Positions 16,137 through 26,385 of a stretch of DNA of 64,000 nucleotides are shown piece after piece. The position numbers were made by a program, and so were the translations under genes. Source of the stretch: a virus. The notes under the pieces were generated by a model. It was not told the DNA's origin. It saw nothing but the letters and a program-made list of their open reading frames with translations, and did not search any database. How positions within the stretch are numbered: position 1 is the first letter of the stretch; the number at the start of each line of letters is the position of its first letter. The stretch is taken from positions 1 to 64,000 of IMG/VR virus record IMGVR_UViG_3300033058_000221; one strand, 5' to 3'.

Positions 16137-18134
16137 GTGCGGAAGGTGCTTTTGGACACAGATGAGATGAATATCAACTTTGCTGGCGGACTCGTAACGA
16201 ATGAAGTTTATAACCCTCGCAGTCGCGGGGCATCGGGGCAGTACGTCCGGAATTGCCGTGTGAATGGACACGGCTGGCTTATCCCCAGGAAAGGACGCGT
16301 TCGCGCCGAGGCACCAGATATTTTCTCTTATGCCGATGAATATGGCGGTAACCCGTTGGGCAAGATAGCACCCGGCACAGTTCGCTATGCGGAAGCCGGC
16401 AGTTCGGAAGCGATTGCGTTCGCGCCGGTGAAGATGGTGTTCCAGGCAGTGAAAGTAGACACTTCGCAGGTGGAACAAGCGTTTCCGACGCAACAGGGCG
16501 ATACAGGTGAACCGCCGCCGATCCTATCACCGCGGACGGTGATAGGTGAGCATTCGGATCCGATCACGGTTGAAACCGTGCGTGTCGTGAACGCTGAAGA
16601 TCAGTTTGGTGAGTTTGAAAGGGATCCAGGGAATTCTGCGAGAAGCTACCGTGCCCGTGTGCATACCTTGAAGGTTGTTCATCTTGATGAAGAAAAGATC
16701 GCCGTTAGATTTCGGATTACTGGCGATATAAATCTCAAAGTGGTGATTGTAGATTACGGCTCTAAACAGCCTGTCCGGTATCTCAGGGATACAACATACC
16801 TTGATGGTGGCGAGAACGACAGAGAACCCAACTCTGAAAGCCCGCGGTATAAAGAGGTTATCTGGGACGGAAGAAACGATTTCGGTGAACGCGTTTCGCC
16901 TAACAGTTATTCTGTCGCATTTGAGGAAGCCGTGCCGATAACTCGGCGCAATGCAAACGGAGAGGAGCTGCCCATCTCTGAATATGACTACCGGCGGAGT
17001 TGGCTTCCGTTTGACATTAGATGGGAAACGCTTGAAATTTCGGTGGGTTCTGTCCCTGATGCGACGCATGTCGATATTTTTGTTACAGCGGATCCTGTCT
17101 CTGAACACTATTTTTGGGTTGCAAGGCTACCTATAGACCGGACGGTACATTACCAGTTTCCTGTGCCGGACGTGAACACAGAATCGGTGTTGACTTTTGA
17201 AGATGTCGAGTGGATATATATCGCTGCCAACGAGTTTCGGGCATACACAGCCGAAGCAGACTCGAATCGGGTCTATCTATCACATTTCAATCCGGGGACA
17301 GGGGAACGGTTGTATCAGAACTTCACGGACTTTATTGATCTTGATCTACAGGACGGCTATATCACAGGTCTCCATTTTCTGCGAGATACGCACCTAATTA
17401 TCTACGCGTCAAACCAGATACAGATTTTGGCGACCGATCCGCTCCCGGAACTGCATAGCGTCATTGATTTCATTACACCGAGAGACGATAAAGGAGAGTA
17501 CATCGGCTGCATCTCACCAGATTCTATTGTCGATATGGGCGGCGTTCATTACTTTTTAGCGACCGATAAGCGGATCTATCGCTATGACGGCTCAAATTTG
17601 AGAGAGATGTCGGATAAAATCCACGGGGTGTTGGCTCAGGTTATCGAACTTGAAAATGCTGTTGGGTTCTCGCACGATCAACACTATCTGCTCTCTATAG
17701 AAGACACGACGCTCGTCTACGACTTGATCCATAACGTCTGGTGGCAAGACGATTTCGCAGTCTCTGATGCGATGAAAGACCGTGCCGGTAATGTTTACGG
17801 CGTTATCGACGGAGAGACCTTTCAGCTGTATACCGGTGAGACCGATGACGGTCAACCGATCCGGCGTATCTGGCAGAGTCATCCTTATTATGGGCGTATT
17901 CAACAGAAATGGGAATCGATCCATGTCTTTCCGCAAGCACCGGCAGTAATTGACGTGGAAGCATATACGGAATTCAATCGTGCGGAAGGGAGGCTCGATG
18001 TTGATAGTCTTGCGAACCCTTGGGCACAACGAATGGGATGCCTCCTTCGCGGGCGCACACTCACGGTAGAGATTCAGACTGAATCGACAGCAGCGATTGA
18101 TCGGATAACCGTTAATGAGCGGGTAAGGGGATAA
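16137..18134 (+). CDS. virion structural protein (hypothetical, tail/nozzle-sized), 665 aa
   Basis: Long ORF. The start is uncertain (GTG 16137/16146, TTG 16152 or ATG 16167). No family recognised. Confidence 0.55.
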   Translation: MRKVLLDTDEMNINFAGGLVTNEVYNPRSRGASGQYVRNCRVNGHGWLIPRKGRVRAEAPDIFSYADEYGGNPLGKIAPGTVRYAEAGSSEAIAFAPVKMVFQAVKVDTSQVEQAFPTQQGDTGEPPPILSPRTVIGEHSDPITVETVRVVNAEDQFGEFERDPGNSARSYRARVHTLKVVHLDEEKIAVRFRITGDINLKVVIVDYGSKQPVRYLRDTTYLDGGENDREPNSESPRYKEVIWDGRNDFGERVSPNSYSVAFEEAVPITRRNANGEELPISEYDYRRSWLPFDIRWETLEISVGSVPDATHVDIFVTADPVSEHYFWVARLPIDRTVHYQFPVPDVNTESVLTFEDVEWIYIAANEFRAYTAEADSNRVYLSHFNPGTGERLYQNFTDFIDLDLQDGYITGLHFLRDTHLIIYASNQIQILATDPLPELHSVIDFITPRDDKGEYIGCISPDSIVDMGGVHYFLATDKRIYRYDGSNLREMSDKIHGVLAQVIELENAVGFSHDQHYLLSIEDTTLVYDLIHNVWWQDDFAVSDAMKDRAGNVYGVIDGETFQLYTGETDDGQPIRRIWQSHPYYGRIQQKWESIHVFPQAPAVIDVEAYTEFNRAEGRLDVDSLANPWAQRMGCLLRGRTLTVEIQTESTAAIDRITVNERVRG

Positions 18135-18136
18135 TT

Positions 18137-18766
18137 ATGACATTAGCATTGGATGCGAACAGTCGGACATTGGGAGTGCGCGAAGGGCTGCCCCCTGGTG
18201 AGTTCCTAACGTTGACAGGCGGGGAAACGCCTGTGGAGACACCTGTTGTGGCAAATGCAGCGAAGCGGTTGATGCCACACGGTAATGGTGCAGCACTTGT
18301 TTCCGATAAAGCGAATCAGTTGAATCTCGGCTCTGGTAATCCTCGGGACTCTATTTTGAGTGTTGTTGGCTGGAATCTGAAGATATTAAATCCAGGCTAC
18401 CGGCAGATGCGTCAGATCGAATCGGTTGATGGAAGTGTTTTGACTTTATCGAGTAAGCTTGACTATGTAGAAGGTTTGGGCACATTAACGGCGAATACTA
18501 TTCAATGGGTGATCTATCCGATATTAGCTTTACCGTTGTGTATCCATTACCGCAAAGAGATAGACAGCAGTGCATTGTTTATCGGTTTCACAGATGGAGT
18601 AGCGTATCAACCGACCCCGAAAAAGTATGTAGAGATAGATGGAGGCGAATCTGTGATACTGCCGACACAACAGTTGGACAAGATTTTTTATTGGTTTGGC
18701 GGGGATGCTAAAACAGCAGGCACTGCTGATATTTCCTGGGGCGAACACTGCGTCCGGAGATCGTAA
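18137..18766 (+). CDS. hypothetical structural protein, 209 aa
   Basis: Starts 2 nt after the previous stop, within the structural block. Confidence 0.5.
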   Translation: MTLALDANSRTLGVREGLPPGEFLTLTGGETPVETPVVANAAKRLMPHGNGAALVSDKANQLNLGSGNPRDSILSVVGWNLKILNPGYRQMRQIESVDGSVLTLSSKLDYVEGLGTLTANTIQWVIYPILALPLCIHYRKEIDSSALFIGFTDGVAYQPTPKKYVEIDGGESVILPTQQLDKIFYWFGGDAKTAGTADISWGEHCVRRS

Positions 18767-19035
18767 TGCGTCAAGATAAATGCATTCAAGAGTTCGTTGT
18801 GCCGCGGGAACGCGTTACACCTGAAGTTGCACGTGTGTTTCAATCTATTTTGGTATCGCTACGGAACTTGGAGCGGAAGATTCAGGCACTGCCGGCGGAT
18901 TCAGCCGAGTTGCCCGCATTGCGTGCCGAACTTCAAGATCTAAAGCGTACTTTGCAGCGATCAAAGCAAGAGGTTCGGGTTGATCGGAGACCAAGTCGGG
19001 ACCCTGAAATCCAGTATTCTTCGGAGTTTTCATAG
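18766..19035 (+). CDS. hypothetical coiled-coil protein, 89 aa
   Basis: Start overlaps the previous stop (TAATG). Confidence 0.45.
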   Translation: MRQDKCIQEFVVPRERVTPEVARVFQSILVSLRNLERKIQALPADSAELPALRAELQDLKRTLQRSKQEVRVDRRPSRDPEIQYSSEFS

Positions 19036-19835
19036 TGCCGTTTCGATATGTTGAAACCCTCAACAGAAACGATAAGCAGTTCGTATTTGCTGAAGTCGGT
19101 AATAGTGTTTATCTTCAGTTTGGTCAACTTGGCGCGGACAGTTCGAGACTCAACGAGTCCATCCTCGAAGGGAGTTATATCGGGTTCTTTCAAGGCACGG
19201 AGCGGATTAGAGACCTACTCGTTACCGGCGATTGGGATATTAATGGCATTCCTGTAGAGGAAGTGCCAAGCGAATTGGTGCTTGGCGAAACATACAGAGT
19301 CAAATCCTCACAGGCGCGTCCGGGTACGGATGCTGTTGTCCGGGAAACCGAGACGACTGTAACAGTTATTGAGGACGAGGGTGTTGTCCGTATCACGGAT
19401 AGTTTTGATATTGAAGCGGGCATCAAAGCGACCTTCCCGTTTGACTACCGGGTGGTGAATAAGCGTTATACAGGGTTTCAACCGCGGTTTTATCCGGGTG
19501 TCCAGGAGTTTGATGAGAATGAACCGTTAAGTGAAGACGATGATCGGTATCCCGATGAGATCGCCTTTGATCCAGCAGTTCCATTCCAGCGTGAAGGACT
19601 TTTTGTTCATTATATTTCATTTATCCCGCAAGTGAGTGGAACACTTTTATTTGATATTGAGTTGTTAGCGGAAGAAATGGAAGGCTTTAGGCTTACAGAC
19701 ATCAACGGCAACAGGCTTGTAGACGTGAACGGTAACGTACTTGTTGGTCAAGTGGCACCGATGTTCCAGGTTACAGACATCAACGGCAACAGGCTTGTAG
19801 ATGTAAACAATAACGTCTTGGTAGGGTTTGTATAA
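19035..19835 (+). CDS. hypothetical tail-associated protein with C-terminal TDINGNRLVDVN repeat
   Basis: GTG start overlapping the previous stop. Two copies of TDINGNRLVDVN(G/N)NVLVG lie 26 aa apart at the C-terminus. Confidence 0.5.
   Translation: MPFRYVETLNRNDKQFVFAEVGNSVYLQFGQLGADSSRLNESILEGSYIGFFQGTERIRDLLVTGDWDINGIPVEEVPSELVLGETYRVKSSQARPGTDAVVRETETTVTVIEDEGVVRITDSFDIEAGIKATFPFDYRVVNKRYTGFQPRFYPGVQEFDENEPLSEDDDRYPDEIAFDPAVPFQREGLFVHYISFIPQVSGTLLFDIELLAEEMEGFRLTDINGNRLVDVNGNVLVGQVAPMFQVTDINGNRLVDVNNNVLVGFV
19693..19723 (+). repeat. 31-nt exact direct repeat, copy 1 (ttacagacatcaacggcaacaggcttgtaga)
   Basis: Identical to 19771-19801, 78 nt downstream. It is in frame inside the 19035..19835 ORF. 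Confidence 0.9.
19771..19801 (+). repeat. 31-nt exact direct repeat, copy 2
   Basis: Identical 31-mer. The downstream approx 25 nt are diverged from copy 1 (mostly G/A and C/T differences). Confidence 0.9.
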
Positions 19836-22321
19836 TGGCAACAGATCTTGATGCTCGCAATGTGCCAGACATAGCGAATGCGGAACTTTTCGACAGCGAT
19901 GTAGAGATTGCGCTGCTTGAGGCAGGTGCGTTCAAATACATTGCATCGGTTATATTCCGTCAGATCTTCTCGACATCCCTATTCAAACACGGCACAGCGG
20001 CTCCGGGTGCGTCCGATATTATCGCGAATACGACCGTATTCTACATCCGTACGACGGGTAACAGGCTTTATGTTTCGCTTGTGGGAGCGGACTTCATTGA
20101 GGTTGCTGGTGGTAGTCAGACTGGCTTAACAGCAGAACAGGTGCGCGACGCAGTTGCCGCATTTCTCCGAGAAGGCACAGGGATCAGCATTACGCATGAT
20201 GACGACGGCGACACATTGACGATCGCATCGACCGTAACAGATACGAACACACAACTCACAGATGAGCAACTCCAAGACAAAATCGCAGCGTTTTTGACAG
20301 AAGGCAGCAACGTCAGCATCACTTACGACGATAACGCTGGCACATTGACAATCGCAGCGACCGGAACAGGCGGTGGTGGACTTACAGTTGAGCAGGTGCG
20401 CGATGCAGTTGCTGCATTCATTCAAGAAGGCATAGGGATCACCGTCACGCATGACGACACCGCCGACACACTCACCATTGGTAGCAATATCGTTATCGTT
20501 CAGGCGGTGGGACCTCCATCAAACAGCGATGCAGAAGCGGGTAAACATAAGATTTGGGTAGACTACACAAGGAATGCTATCTATCTATCGTTTAATGGGG
20601 CTAACTTTGAAGCTGCGACTGAAACAGAAAGATCCGTTGGGCAAGTTGACAACTTCGATGGGATGTGGGCGATCGGCAGTGGCGGAAACCCTGGATCAGG
20701 AGAAGCGAAGATTGCCGATGCATCCCTGAAAATCAGTGTCGCAGATTCCGATGGGATGAGCGAAGCCCTGACGCTTTCTCGTATCACTATAGGCGACAGG
20801 TTGAATATCAATGCCATCAACGTGTTTCGCGTGACTGCGGTGCCTGCGCTGAGATCGGATACCCCTGACTACTATGAATTTTCTGGCGTGTGGGAACGGC
20901 GGGTGGATACTGAAGTTGTTGGTGAGACGACACATATCGGGGTGACTTACGCGAATCGTGCTGTCGGTGTCAGTGCCGTTAAGGATTATCATATCGCGGC
21001 GAATTCCGTCGGTTTCTCTGAATTGAAGAACAACCCTGAGAACGCGGACAAGTTCATGGGTTTCAATGCATCAGGAGAGACAATCGCAAAAGACGCACCT
21101 GAAACGGAGTTAACAAACAAAGTCGGTATCGTCGAGGCGTTAGGGGCATGGCGACGGCATAGCAGTATCAGTTCGGGTCAGTATACGGCTGTACATCATA
21201 CAACACCCGGTAATATTGTAGAGTTGGAAATCAATGTAACGAACCGGGCATCGCAGAACAAACAGACAACATTTCAGGCGCTGCAAGCAGATGATATGAT
21301 TGTTGTGCATACGTCTCAATTTGTCAATGCCTTGACGGTTGCAACTGTCTCTGTTCAGAATGATATTGCCGATATTACGGGTACATGGCAAGAGTCTGGC
21401 AGTTTTCCTGGTGATTTCCCAACAGGTTCGGATGCGACGTTCTACCTCATCAAATCCTATAACCGCGTCGGTGATAACGCACCTCAACCGGGCAGGATTG
21501 TCGGTGTTGGAGCTGATTACAACCTTGAGTATGTTGAGAACCCCCAAGGTCAAGGCGGTGAAGATGACGCGACAGAAGTTGTCATCAATAGCGGTATCTA
21601 CAACACGCTCGGCAGTTGGGACAGGGGTTCAGCGAGTATACCGGACACCGGTGACTACTACACGGAAGCGACACAGATCACACTGAATCCGCAGGATAAC
21701 GGTGACACGAACCGAGCGGAGGCAATAGAGGGGTTAGCCGCAGGCGATCGTATCCAGTTCGGTGCGATCAACGCGTTCACCTTGACAGCTGCGCCGACAC
21801 AAGTCAACGGCTGGTCGCTGATAGGGACCTGGGATCACACGTATGCTGCTGCGGACTTCAGTGGTGTTCAGACGCTTTACTACATCAAGAAAAACAACAT
21901 CGTTGCGCACGGCAACGTCGTACCGGGCAGATACCTGAAAATCGGCTCTGATTTGATGATTGAGGCAGAAGAAGCCGACGCGCGGCATGCGAAATTGTTG
22001 TGGGGTGCGCCGGGTTCTGGTGGCATCATTACGACAAGCCAAACGACGACTTACAATCTCAATGCGGGTGAGAAGTTCAGCAACTATAGAGATATCTATG
22101 TAGAGTATGACGCACGTAACGAGGATTATCCGCCAGTTTCACATCGGAATTTCACGTGTGCGGTGTTCCCGTCTGCGTTATGGGCTGTGAATTACCAACC
22201 GCGGGTTGAGCTGCTCAACTTCTACAAAGAGTTCAAAGTGATCACAGATGCCTCGTTTCAAATCTTCGCAGGCAATTCCGAGACGGATATGCATATCCGT
22301 GCGATCTATGGGGGACTATAG
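19835..22321 (+). CDS. tail fibre protein, 828 aa
   Basis: Three tandem repeats of about 34-42 aa of the tail-fibre-repeat type (LTAEQVRDAVAAFLREGTGISITHDDDGDTLTIAS; LTDEQLQDKIAAFLTEGSNVSITYDDNAGTLTIAA; LTVEQVRDAVAAFIQEGIGITVTHDDTADTLTIGS). Large size and position in the tail block also fit. Confidence 0.7.
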   Translation: MATDLDARNVPDIANAELFDSDVEIALLEAGAFKYIASVIFRQIFSTSLFKHGTAAPGASDIIANTTVFYIRTTGNRLYVSLVGADFIEVAGGSQTGLTAEQVRDAVAAFLREGTGISITHDDDGDTLTIASTVTDTNTQLTDEQLQDKIAAFLTEGSNVSITYDDNAGTLTIAATGTGGGGLTVEQVRDAVAAFIQEGIGITVTHDDTADTLTIGSNIVIVQAVGPPSNSDAEAGKHKIWVDYTRNAIYLSFNGANFEAATETERSVGQVDNFDGMWAIGSGGNPGSGEAKIADASLKISVADSDGMSEALTLSRITIGDRLNINAINVFRVTAVPALRSDTPDYYEFSGVWERRVDTEVVGETTHIGVTYANRAVGVSAVKDYHIAANSVGFSELKNNPENADKFMGFNASGETIAKDAPETELTNKVGIVEALGAWRRHSSISSGQYTAVHHTTPGNIVELEINVTNRASQNKQTTFQALQADDMIVVHTSQFVNALTVATVSVQNDIADITGTWQESGSFPGDFPTGSDATFYLIKSYNRVGDNAPQPGRIVGVGADYNLEYVENPQGQGGEDDATEVVINSGIYNTLGSWDRGSASIPDTGDYYTEATQITLNPQDNGDTNRAEAIEGLAAGDRIQFGAINAFTLTAAPTQVNGWSLIGTWDHTYAAADFSGVQTLYYIKKNNIVAHGNVVPGRYLKIGSDLMIEAEEADARHAKLLWGAPGSGGIITTSQTTTYNLNAGEKFSNYRDIYVEYDARNEDYPPVSHRNFTCAVFPSALWAVNYQPRVELLNFYKEFKVITDASFQIFAGNSETDMHIRAIYGGL
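20123..20479 (+). repeat. three tandem in-frame repeats inside the tail fibre gene
   Basis: See the peptide repeats above. At nucleotide level, gaacaggtgcgcgacgcagttgccgcatt versus gagcaggtgcgcgatgcagttgctgcatt. Confidence 0.8.
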
Positions 22322-23241
22322 TGATAAACCTTGATATTCAGTATATCCGAGCGTCTGAAGTGCCGACACTGCCAGAGGTCTTGAAAATCATTGCCATCGC
22401 AAACAAACGGTTGCAAGTGAAGACACGGATGGATACGACTGTCTCTACGTATGATTTCGATTTCCGGCTCTCTGGTACAACACGGAAAGGCACGATTGGG
22501 TTGTCTCCGCAGGGGCATGCGAACATACTTTATCAGTATTTCGTCTCTGCTTCAGATTTAGACGCGACGCTTGTCTGTCCAGTGCCAGCAAACACGCCGC
22601 TCCCGACACCGCTGAATCAGCGGAAAGAGATTTCAACGTTTCCGTCGAACCTGTTCATCGCCACTGGCGAAACAGCGGTAGCCGAAACAACGCACGCTGT
22701 GCCGTCTTGGATACCGGGTGCATTGTCGGAGACAGAAAAGAAAGAGCGTTTTATTCACAAAGTCAAGGCATGGCGAGAGCAGATAAAGAAGTGGCTCTTG
22801 GAAGCACCACAGTATGCTGATCTCGTGCCGGACATTATTAATCACTTGGGCTACTGGCTGCGTGCTGCGGATTGGGTTATCCACCAAGAGGCAACCAAGG
22901 CAGTAGCACAACGCTACGATTGGCTTATCCTTGAAGCGATATGCAAGGAAGCGATGCTGGGACCGAGGACGCTTGATGCCGATGGCGATGGGTCTTACGA
23001 TGTTGTCTTCTTTAGACGGCTGAAGGAAGCAGCAACAACGTTTCCAAATGGCCCTGGTTTTGGTGCGTTATGGGTGCAGACGTGGGATTTGACGAGTCCT
23101 GCGGACGTGTCCCGTGTCGCAGATTTTACAGCAAATGTTATCAATACACATGGAAGTACCAATTCATTTTCACCTGATAGAACCTATCACAACTTGCCAG
23201 CGGCGTATGACCCGACGGCAGAATACTGGAGTAACCTATAG
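22321..23241 (+). CDS. hypothetical protein, 306 aa
   Basis: GTG start overlapping the tail-fibre stop. No family recognised. Confidence 0.5.
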   Translation: MINLDIQYIRASEVPTLPEVLKIIAIANKRLQVKTRMDTTVSTYDFDFRLSGTTRKGTIGLSPQGHANILYQYFVSASDLDATLVCPVPANTPLPTPLNQRKEISTFPSNLFIATGETAVAETTHAVPSWIPGALSETEKKERFIHKVKAWREQIKKWLLEAPQYADLVPDIINHLGYWLRAADWVIHQEATKAVAQRYDWLILEAICKEAMLGPRTLDADGDGSYDVVFFRRLKEAATTFPNGPGFGALWVQTWDLTSPADVSRVADFTANVINTHGSTNSFSPDRTYHNLPAAYDPTAEYWSNL

Positions 23242-24218
23242 TGGCAGCTACAGAAGTAAATCTCAGCGTATTTAAACATGCGCATTATGGCGCAAAGATA
23301 TTTCAGGGCATATTTCAAGCACCAGATTTCATGAAGGCTAAAATATCTCATAAAGGCGATGCCCGCAAACGTATTTATGCCCTCAGTTACGAGTGTGCAG
23401 CAGATAATGTGGTTTATGATTCAGATTCACTTGAGGATATGTCTTTTCTCTGTTCGCATGTTCATTTACAAGGACAAACGCTCTACACAAGGCACTATTG
23501 GGATCATACCTACACAAAACAGATAACGTATGATGACTTCCCGCATTGGTTCTGTCGTGAGAACAACGAGCCGACCTTGACGCACCCCAACCAGTTGATT
23601 GATGAGGGACGCTATTACGCCCCTGCGCCGGAGACGAAACAGGAGTTCTATGAGCGGATGATGCCGTTCCTTCATGAGATCGCTTGGGCAGGCATCGATC
23701 AAGACATGCCACATATCCCGCATTGGACGGGTAATTCTCGCAATGTTAAGAACGCTATCCGGGACACAGCATCAAAGAAACGGTATCAAAGCACTGTGGA
23801 CCGGTTTCGGGTGCCGATCGGGTATGCCGTGCATCAGTTAGAGGCGCACCTCTCTGGCACACCGATCCTGACACGCGGCAACCTTGAAGCCCTGATTCGT
23901 GAACTTCACGAGGTTTTGATCAAGGAAGATTCTTGGCTCAAACATCACAAGGATCACGATTACGCGTATTGGAACAAGCATCTTGACGCATGTCGGGTGC
24001 TCTACGAGACGCGCGATGGCGATGTGGAACTCCTTGTGGACCTCGCAGCGACAACGAAAAAGAACATGCCGCCGGAGACCGAAGATGCGGCGATCAAGGT
24101 CGCAACAGAGAAGTGGTTTCATGAGATAGCGACGACGCATTTCACGACTGCGCTGTACACCCCGCATCGGGAATATGTCAAAAAACGCAAGCTCACCTTC
24201 CAGCAATATGGAGTTTAA
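23241..24218 (+). CDS. hypothetical protein, 325 aa (His/Trp/Tyr-rich)
   Basis: GTG start overlapping the previous stop. No family recognised. Confidence 0.5.
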   Translation: MAATEVNLSVFKHAHYGAKIFQGIFQAPDFMKAKISHKGDARKRIYALSYECAADNVVYDSDSLEDMSFLCSHVHLQGQTLYTRHYWDHTYTKQITYDDFPHWFCRENNEPTLTHPNQLIDEGRYYAPAPETKQEFYERMMPFLHEIAWAGIDQDMPHIPHWTGNSRNVKNAIRDTASKKRYQSTVDRFRVPIGYAVHQLEAHLSGTPILTRGNLEALIRELHEVLIKEDSWLKHHKDHDYAYWNKHLDACRVLYETRDGDVELLVDLAATTKKNMPPETEDAAIKVATEKWFHEIATTHFTTALYTPHREYVKKRKLTFQQYGV

Positions 24219-24220
24219 AG

Positions 24221-24586
24221 ATGGCGACACGTAGGATAGCGGCTGTCATGACAGTATCGGAGCCGACCCCGTTTACTGCCACAGTTGACGGCGACAACAA
24301 TTTCAGTATATACCGCGGGCATCGAACGACAGTTCCGTGTACGTATGAGGCAGGTGGTCCGCCTGTAACGATGGCGGAGATTGTCAATGCGGATATTGAA
24401 ATATTTCAGGATACACAGCGATCGAACCGTCTCGGTGCAGACGATGAAAACGCCTATATCTTTGAGATCACGAATGTGGACACGACGGCGCGCACGTTTG
24501 ACTTGACGTTCGACTTAACAGCAATCACGCCAGTGGGAGACGCGGACGTAACATTCTATATTTATCTCGTTGTGCAGCAAGGATAA
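24221..24586 (+). CDS. hypothetical protein, 121 aa
   Basis: Starts 2 nt after the previous stop, within the tail/receptor-binding block. Confidence 0.5.
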   Translation: MATRRIAAVMTVSEPTPFTATVDGDNNFSIYRGHRTTVPCTYEAGGPPVTMAEIVNADIEIFQDTQRSNRLGADDENAYIFEITNVDTTARTFDLTFDLTAITPVGDADVTFYIYLVVQQG

Positions 24587-24589
24587 TCC

Positions 24590-24886
24590 ATGCAAGTTTT
24601 TCGGGTGCCTCTCACGGTCAGGGTCGTAACACCGGACTTGACGGTGACGGTGTCTTTGTTATCTGCGAACACTGTGCTGATAACTTTTTCAGAACCTGTT
24701 ACGGGCTTTGATGAGACGCATATCACGATCACAGGTGGCAGTTTATCGAACTTCGCGGGCAATCGTAGGGAATTCACGGTGAATGTAGAACGTACAGAAA
24801 CCCAAGCGACAGTATTTGTTCGAGCGGGGGTTGCGACCTCTTATGGACGGACGAATGTGGAATCTAATAGATTGGTGATAACATAA
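24590..24886 (+). CDS. bacterial Ig-like single-domain protein, 98 aa
   Basis: The pattern VTVSLLSANTVLITFSEPVTGFDETHITITGGSLSNFAGNRREFTVNV is typical of Ig-like (Big-type) domains. Confidence 0.5.
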   Translation: MQVFRVPLTVRVVTPDLTVTVSLLSANTVLITFSEPVTGFDETHITITGGSLSNFAGNRREFTVNVERTETQATVFVRAGVATSYGRTNVESNRLVIT

Positions 24887-26385
24887 TGGCAGATTCAACC
24901 CCTAAATCAGAAGTTATATTAGTTAATGTTCGGGCAGATGTGCGTCCTACAATTGATGTCCCGACGAATGTTGTTATGTTCGAGAACTCGTCTCGGCAAA
25001 TAACAATAAGTGTTAACTCAGGGTATCCTGTTCCAGATCGCTTCCGAATTTCTGTTCATGAATCGAACCTTGATGCTGTCAATTATGAAGATCCTTTATC
25101 AGGGCAAAATGTGCCGACTTTTACTTATGATTCATCAGATTTTCCGACGGACTCTAATACAGCGGCAGATATTGATGTCACAATTAATGCGCTTGAGGTG
25201 GCTGGCGAAAATAGGGCTATCTACTATATAAGATTTGAGTATTCGGTTACCGACGAAACGGATGAAACTCGAAATGTAACCGTGTATGACATCATGTGGC
25301 TGTTTATTGATCAGTCACTCCCTGCGCGCATCAGCATTGCCAATTCGCATAGTGCCTATGAAAACCAAAACATCAGTATCCCTTATGATATTTACATGGG
25401 GTCGCCAAATCCTACAACGATACGGCATTCGTGGCACGCAACGTTAGATGATGCGATCAATGATAGAAACCCTGTCACGCATAATAGACCGACGGTTCGC
25501 AACTCATGGACGGATGGTGCGCTGCGCGCATTTAATCCAAGGGGCGACCAACCCTTACAACAGACTGGCACGCTCAGTATGCACACGCCAGATGTTACGA
25601 ATAATTTGCTGATGTATGGTCGTTTGGAAGTCGTTCAGAATGGTAGGGTTGTGAGTACGGCTACCTATACACTGACGGTTACCAACAGCGTGCAACCCTC
25701 AATCACTGTAGGTAACCATACAGGCATTGAGGGCGAAACAATATCGATTGTCGTGATGTATGTTGGCGGTAGACCTGCACCCTCTCGGTGGGAAATCGGG
25801 TGGTCAACAACACGAAGGAATGCCGAAGCTGGTACTTTTGATTTATCTGCTGGGCGGACACCAGAAACAACGTTCAATCCTGCGACACCGCTTCCAAATC
25901 CGAGTACGCGGACGCTAACGATTACAACAGTTTTGACGTATGTAGATCAAGATAGGACTTACTGGGCACGTTTACGGATGGTCGCCGTTGATCCTGAAAC
26001 AGGGCAAGATACCTATACAGATGCTGTTTTTGGTGTAACGATCCTTAACCGTCGCCCCGCGGAAATTGTGTTCCCGGATATGCATACAATGAACGAGTTG
26101 GCGACGGCGGAAATCATGGGGTATTTTATTGTCGGTGTGCCGCGTGCGACACAAATTGAGGCATCTGTCCATGCAAATCAAGCAAACGCAGAACGTGATA
26201 GGAGTCCATTGTCAGGCGAAGGGGTACCGACAGTTTTGCTCTCTGTGACGGATATAGATCAGACGTTAGACTATGACGCGAGAAACGATATTATCCTAAC
26301 GATTGGCTCGCCTGACATCATGATGGATGAGGACTACGGTATAAGGGTTGATATTATTCAAGCAGAAATTACAGACGATCCCTAA
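24886..26385 (+). CDS. repeat-module (4 x approx 120 aa) beta-sandwich-like protein, probable fibre/receptor-binding component
   Basis: Four modules each carry ..E(N/G)..I(S/T)I......G.P.P... and end in ...Y..R.....T...V.I.N (ITISVNSGYPVPDRF; ISIPYDIYMGSPNPT; ISIVVMYVGGRPAPS; IMGYFIVGVPRAT). Confidence 0.5.
   Translation: MADSTPKSEVILVNVRADVRPTIDVPTNVVMFENSSRQITISVNSGYPVPDRFRISVHESNLDAVNYEDPLSGQNVPTFTYDSSDFPTDSNTAADIDVTINALEVAGENRAIYYIRFEYSVTDETDETRNVTVYDIMWLFIDQSLPARISIANSHSAYENQNISIPYDIYMGSPNPTTIRHSWHATLDDAINDRNPVTHNRPTVRNSWTDGALRAFNPRGDQPLQQTGTLSMHTPDVTNNLLMYGRLEVVQNGRVVSTATYTLTVTNSVQPSITVGNHTGIEGETISIVVMYVGGRPAPSRWEIGWSTTRRNAEAGTFDLSAGRTPETTFNPATPLPNPSTRTLTITTVLTYVDQDRTYWARLRMVAVDPETGQDTYTDAVFGVTILNRRPAEIVFPDMHTMNELATAEIMGYFIVGVPRATQIEASVHANQANAERDRSPLSGEGVPTVLLSVTDIDQTLDYDARNDIILTIGSPDIMMDEDYGIRVDIIQAEITDDP

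Noticed and set aside
19693-19801. Diversity-generating retroelement (TR/VR pair) in the tail gene.
   Set aside because: The repeats are only about 55 nt, both lie inside the same ORF, and the differences are not adenine-specific. No reverse transcriptase or Avd-like gene is seen in the window.
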